64,000 bases of DNA, from NCBI GenBank assembly GCA_000092065.1, contig CP000595.1, one strand, 5' to 3'. Under the pieces are notes generated by a model that saw nothing but the letters and a program-made list of their open reading frames with translations, was not told the origin of the DNA and did not search any database. Origin of the DNA: Ostreococcus lucimarinus (Eukaryota). Below are positions 61,014-64,000 of this stretch, one piece after another. Numbering within the stretch: the first letter of the stretch is position 1; each line of letters opens with the position of its first letter. Made by a program: the position numbers and the translations under genes.

Positions 61014-63326
61014 TTAATCGAGCGCCAATGGAATATCCCCTTCTTGCAACAATCTTCCAATCTGTGCCATCCGATCCCTGTTTGCCTTCTTCTCCGTGGC
61101 CATATCTAAGAGTAAGCTTCGCATCTCGTGCTCGACGTCGTCGACTCGCTCGTACGCTTCGCGCACGATGGCATCGCTTTCCTCTCTGATGGCGATTGCC
61201 CGCGTCTCATACATACTGGCCTTATCCCTCGCGATCGCCAGTTGTTCACTCAGCTCCTCCAATTGGTGCTGCAATTCTTTACTCTTCGCTTTTTCGATAC
61301 TATCACTCGTCTCCAGAGTCTGCGTCAACCGCTTGATCTGGGATTCCATGTGAACAATTATGCGGTCGCGTTCAGCCACGGCATTATTTGCTTTGCTGAT
61401 CGCGTGCTCATACGATGCGTGATCGACCTCGGAGTCCGCGAGAGCATTTTCTAGCTCTGTGATGTTCATTTCCATCGACTCTACCTGTTGGACCAAAGAT
61501 CGACACTCTTCCGACATCGCATTCATCCTTGCTTCCGCCTCCACCATTCTCGCGTCGTGCGTCCTCAACGATTCCGCTTTTTGTTCGCGTAATCGAACAG
61601 CTTCATCCTTCAGAGACTTAATGAGCTGATTCTGGTGCTGAAGCATATCGTTCTTGATCTTTGTGCTCTCATCTGCTGATTCGAGCTTCAATTGAAGAGC
61701 CTCGACGTCCCGGATGAGTCGCTCGGCGAGCTCTTCTCGCTCGCGAGCCTTCTCTTCTCGCGCCGCGGCGGACCTCTCAGCCTTCAACGCCGCGACTTTG
61801 GCGCTCTTGATCGTCGCATGCGTGCTTTCCCTATCTATCACCGCCCCACGGGCGCGCTCGAGCTCTTCTTCCATGAGAACAACCATCTCACGCGTCTTGG
61901 CGTAACCTTCGAGTTGATCGCGTTGACTTTCCACCACTTGCGCCAATTCCTCGTTGAGTGTCTCAGCCTCGGCGCGTTCGGCACACGCGACTCGAAGTAA
62001 TTCTCGCATCTCACTGAGACCCGCTTCTTGGGCAGCAATTTTCTCGTTACTCGCGATCGCGGCTTCTTCGTGCGCATGCTGTTCGCGTTCCATCGACGAA
62101 ATACGCTCCTTCAAGCGCGCGTTCTCCTCGATGGCTTGCGCGTACACCGTCGATTCCTTACGAGCTTCGTTCACGCGATCGTTTAGCAACGCGTTTTGCT
62201 CGTCCATGTACATGGCTTTCAGATTTGCGAGATTCTCCGCAGATTCCGTCCTGACTTCTTGCAATATCGTCTCCAACTCACTGACTCGCAGTTGTGCTGC
62301 TTCCTCGTTTCTCGACGCGCGCTCGATGGCTTGCGAGGCTTTGGTCAACTCTCGGCGGAGAGTTTCGACTTCTTCACGAAGGCGGCGCTCGCTCGCGTCG
62401 TCGATCGTCACGTTAGACATCGCACTCTTCTGCGTCTCTACGTCTTTCATCAAAGGTGCCTCCGTTTGACTCGACTCTTCCCGAACGCGCCTGACGACTT
62501 GCTGATCAAAATCGATGGCTCGCTTCGCCGCATCCCCGTTGACCTGCACGCCGCGCGATTTGACGCTCTCATCGGCGGCTTGGAAGGCTGTTTGTCGTTT
62601 TTCACCCGAACGGTCCCCGCGTTGAGGCGTTCTCGAAAACTGCTCTGCGTGGGGAGGCGTCATGCTGCTTCGTCCGGGAGCCGTCGTCGCAGACGCGTCG
62701 AGAGTCTTTGTCATCGCCTTTGTGCACGTTTCGACGCTTAAAACCACACCATCTAGGTGCGTGAGCCAAGGAACGAGCGATGCCATCGTAATTCTATATG
62801 ACGGCACATCGCACATCCCGTTCGTTTCTTTCCCGATCACCGATCCTTCTTCCATTTTCAACCGAAGCGATTCCAAGCGCGTCAACTCGCTGAGCGCTCG
62901 CGCGGCTTGGAAACTTTCCAACGCGTTCCCTCGCGCGTCGAGCGCGCGAATGCCCCACTCCGCCCCGTCACTCCTCGCAAACCCACTCAAAGACTTGATT
63001 TTATTATTGGAAATGTTCACTCGCTCCAGCGTCGTCGACGCTCGTTCGAATCCCCTCGTCGACTCGAGCGCGTTGCTCGCCAGATTCAGCGTTCGCAGGC
63101 GAGTCAACTTTTCCAACCCTCTCGCCTCCGCGATGGCGTTCGACGACAGATCGAGTTCTTCCAACCGCGTCAACACCGCGAACGCTTCGCAATCCATGCT
63201 CGTTATCTCGCACGCGTGCGCTCGCAGCGCGCGTAAATTTACGAATCTCTCCAGCGATTCGATCCGCTCCGGCGTCCCGAGCGCCGTCCCGTACGTCGCC
63301 AGCTCTCGCACGTCCTCATCCGCCAT
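61014..63326 (-). CDS. Leucine-rich-repeat plus long coiled-coil protein (LRRCC1/centriolin-like; flagellar/basal-body-type architecture)
   Basis: SDS22-type LRRs (LEELDLSSNAIAEARGLEKLTRLRTLNLASNALES...) followed by about 550 aa of uninterrupted heptad coiled coil. The ORF extends to 63620; Met 63326 (MADEDVRELATYG) is the likelier start. Confidence 0.65.
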   Translation of the reverse strand: MADEDVRELATYGTALGTPERIESLERFVNLRALRAHACEITSMDCEAFAVLTRLEELDLSSNAIAEARGLEKLTRLRTLNLASNALESTRGFERASTTLERVNISNNKIKSLSGFARSDGAEWGIRALDARGNALESFQAARALSELTRLESLRLKMEEGSVIGKETNGMCDVPSYRITMASLVPWLTHLDGVVLSVETCTKAMTKTLDASATTAPGRSSMTPPHAEQFSRTPQRGDRSGEKRQTAFQAADESVKSRGVQVNGDAAKRAIDFDQQVVRRVREESSQTEAPLMKDVETQKSAMSNVTIDDASERRLREEVETLRRELTKASQAIERASRNEEAAQLRVSELETILQEVRTESAENLANLKAMYMDEQNALLNDRVNEARKESTVYAQAIEENARLKERISSMEREQHAHEEAAIASNEKIAAQEAGLSEMRELLRVACAERAEAETLNEELAQVVESQRDQLEGYAKTREMVVLMEEELERARGAVIDRESTHATIKSAKVAALKAERSAAAREEKAREREELAERLIRDVEALQLKLESADESTKIKNDMLQHQNQLIKSLKDEAVRLREQKAESLRTHDARMVEAEARMNAMSEECRSLVQQVESMEMNITELENALADSEVDHASYEHAISKANNAVAERDRIIVHMESQIKRLTQTLETSDSIEKAKSKELQHQLEELSEQLAIARDKASMYETRAIAIREESDAIVREAYERVDDVEHEMRSLLLDMATEKKANRDRMAQIGRLLQEGDIPLALD

Positions 63327-63818
63327 CGTCGTCGACGGTCTCAGATCGATCGTCCCTCGACCTCCCGCACCGCGCGCGCCCGCGTCTTCTACCTCGCGCC
63401 CCGTCGTCCCTTCCCCCTCCCGCGCGCGCGTCCGCGTCCCGTCCCGCCCCTCGCGCGCGCGTCCCGATAACGAGGCGTCGTCGTCGCCATCGCTCGCGTC
63501 GTCGCCATCGCTCCCTCGGTCCTTCGCCCGCGTCCCGACCGCGACCGCGACCGCGCGCGCGGAGTCCTCTCGATCGAGCGTCGCGCCCTCGCTCGCGCGC
63601 GCCTCCCGCGCGCGCTCCATGCGCGCCGGCGCCCGAGCCGTCGCGAAGTCGCGGTCGACGGACAGACATCGCGCGCCGGAGACGCCGGGCGCGTGCCTTG
63701 ATTTTCCGGGTGTGCGGACCCCTCGCGTCGACGGGTCGCGACCCGCGACGGGGGTTCACGGCGCGCGATCGATCGAGATCCGCGAAAAAGGCGACGCTCG
63801 GCGACGCTTGGCATGGCG

Positions 63819-63874
63819 CGTCCGAACGTCCGAACGTCCGAACGTCCGAACGTCCGAACGTCCGAACGTCCGAA
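63819..63874. repeat. (CGTCCGAA)7 octanucleotide microsatellite upstream of the LRR/coiled-coil gene
   Basis: Read directly from the sequence; an additional partial copy lies at about 63893..63908. Confidence 0.9.
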
Positions 63875-64000
63875 CGTCCGAACGTCGACGCGCGCGCGTC
63901 CGAACGTCGACGCGCGCGCGGCGCGATGCGGGCGCGACGGGCGGCGACGGCGGCGACGACGCGATCGAGGGCGAGACGAGACGAGGACGGACGACGCCTC

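Noticed and set aside
1-64000. Prokaryotic-style features (CRISPR arrays, operons, IS elements, rho-independent terminators)
   Set aside because: Spliceosomal introns, a nuclear-type intron-containing tRNA without encoded CCA, organelle presequences and the eukaryotic gene set show this is nuclear eukaryotic DNA. The short tandem repeats are microsatellites, not CRISPR repeats.

Overview
This 64 kb window is a gene-dense, GC-rich (about 65-67% GC) eukaryotic nuclear segment. Its gene content and compactness look like a Mamiellophyceae prasinophyte (Micromonas/Ostreococcus-like); the flagellar-type LRR/coiled-coil gene would favour a flagellate such as Micromonas. That taxonomic call is inference, not a database hit. 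I can support about 30 protein-coding genes on both strands, many with plastid or mitochondrial presequences, plus one intron-containing tRNA-Lys(CUU). There are no prokaryotic features (no CRISPR, operons or IS elements). The six-frame ORF track is misleading here in three ways: (a) stop-poor GC-rich sequence produces long antisense or out-of-frame ORFs and over-extended N-termini; (b) several genes are spliced and therefore fragmented or missed in the track (sHSP, RPL4 with a 26-nt microexon, a 4-exon PsbQ gene, a 2-exon 4-TM gene); (c) two giant adjacent ORFs are really one gene of about 3080 aa joined by four short AT-rich introns. The main finding is a roughly 11 kb low-GC island (about 49.9-60.85 kb, roughly 50% GC) embedded in high-GC sequence. 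It carries this giant EGF/TIG-repeat polytopic surface-receptor-like gene plus a type II membrane glycosyltransferase-like gene, and its intron style (short, AT-rich, GTAAG/GTGAGT donors, TTAAT branch) differs from the GC-rich introns elsewhere in the window (GTGCGT donors, ACTGAC branch). Other observations: a roughly 71-bp tandem duplication at a divergent promoter, an in-frame 36-nt repeat array in starch synthase III, a coding (GATCTC)n microsatellite, a pentanucleotide microsatellite inside an intron, and a tRNA-Lys with an unusually long (about 100 nt) intron.
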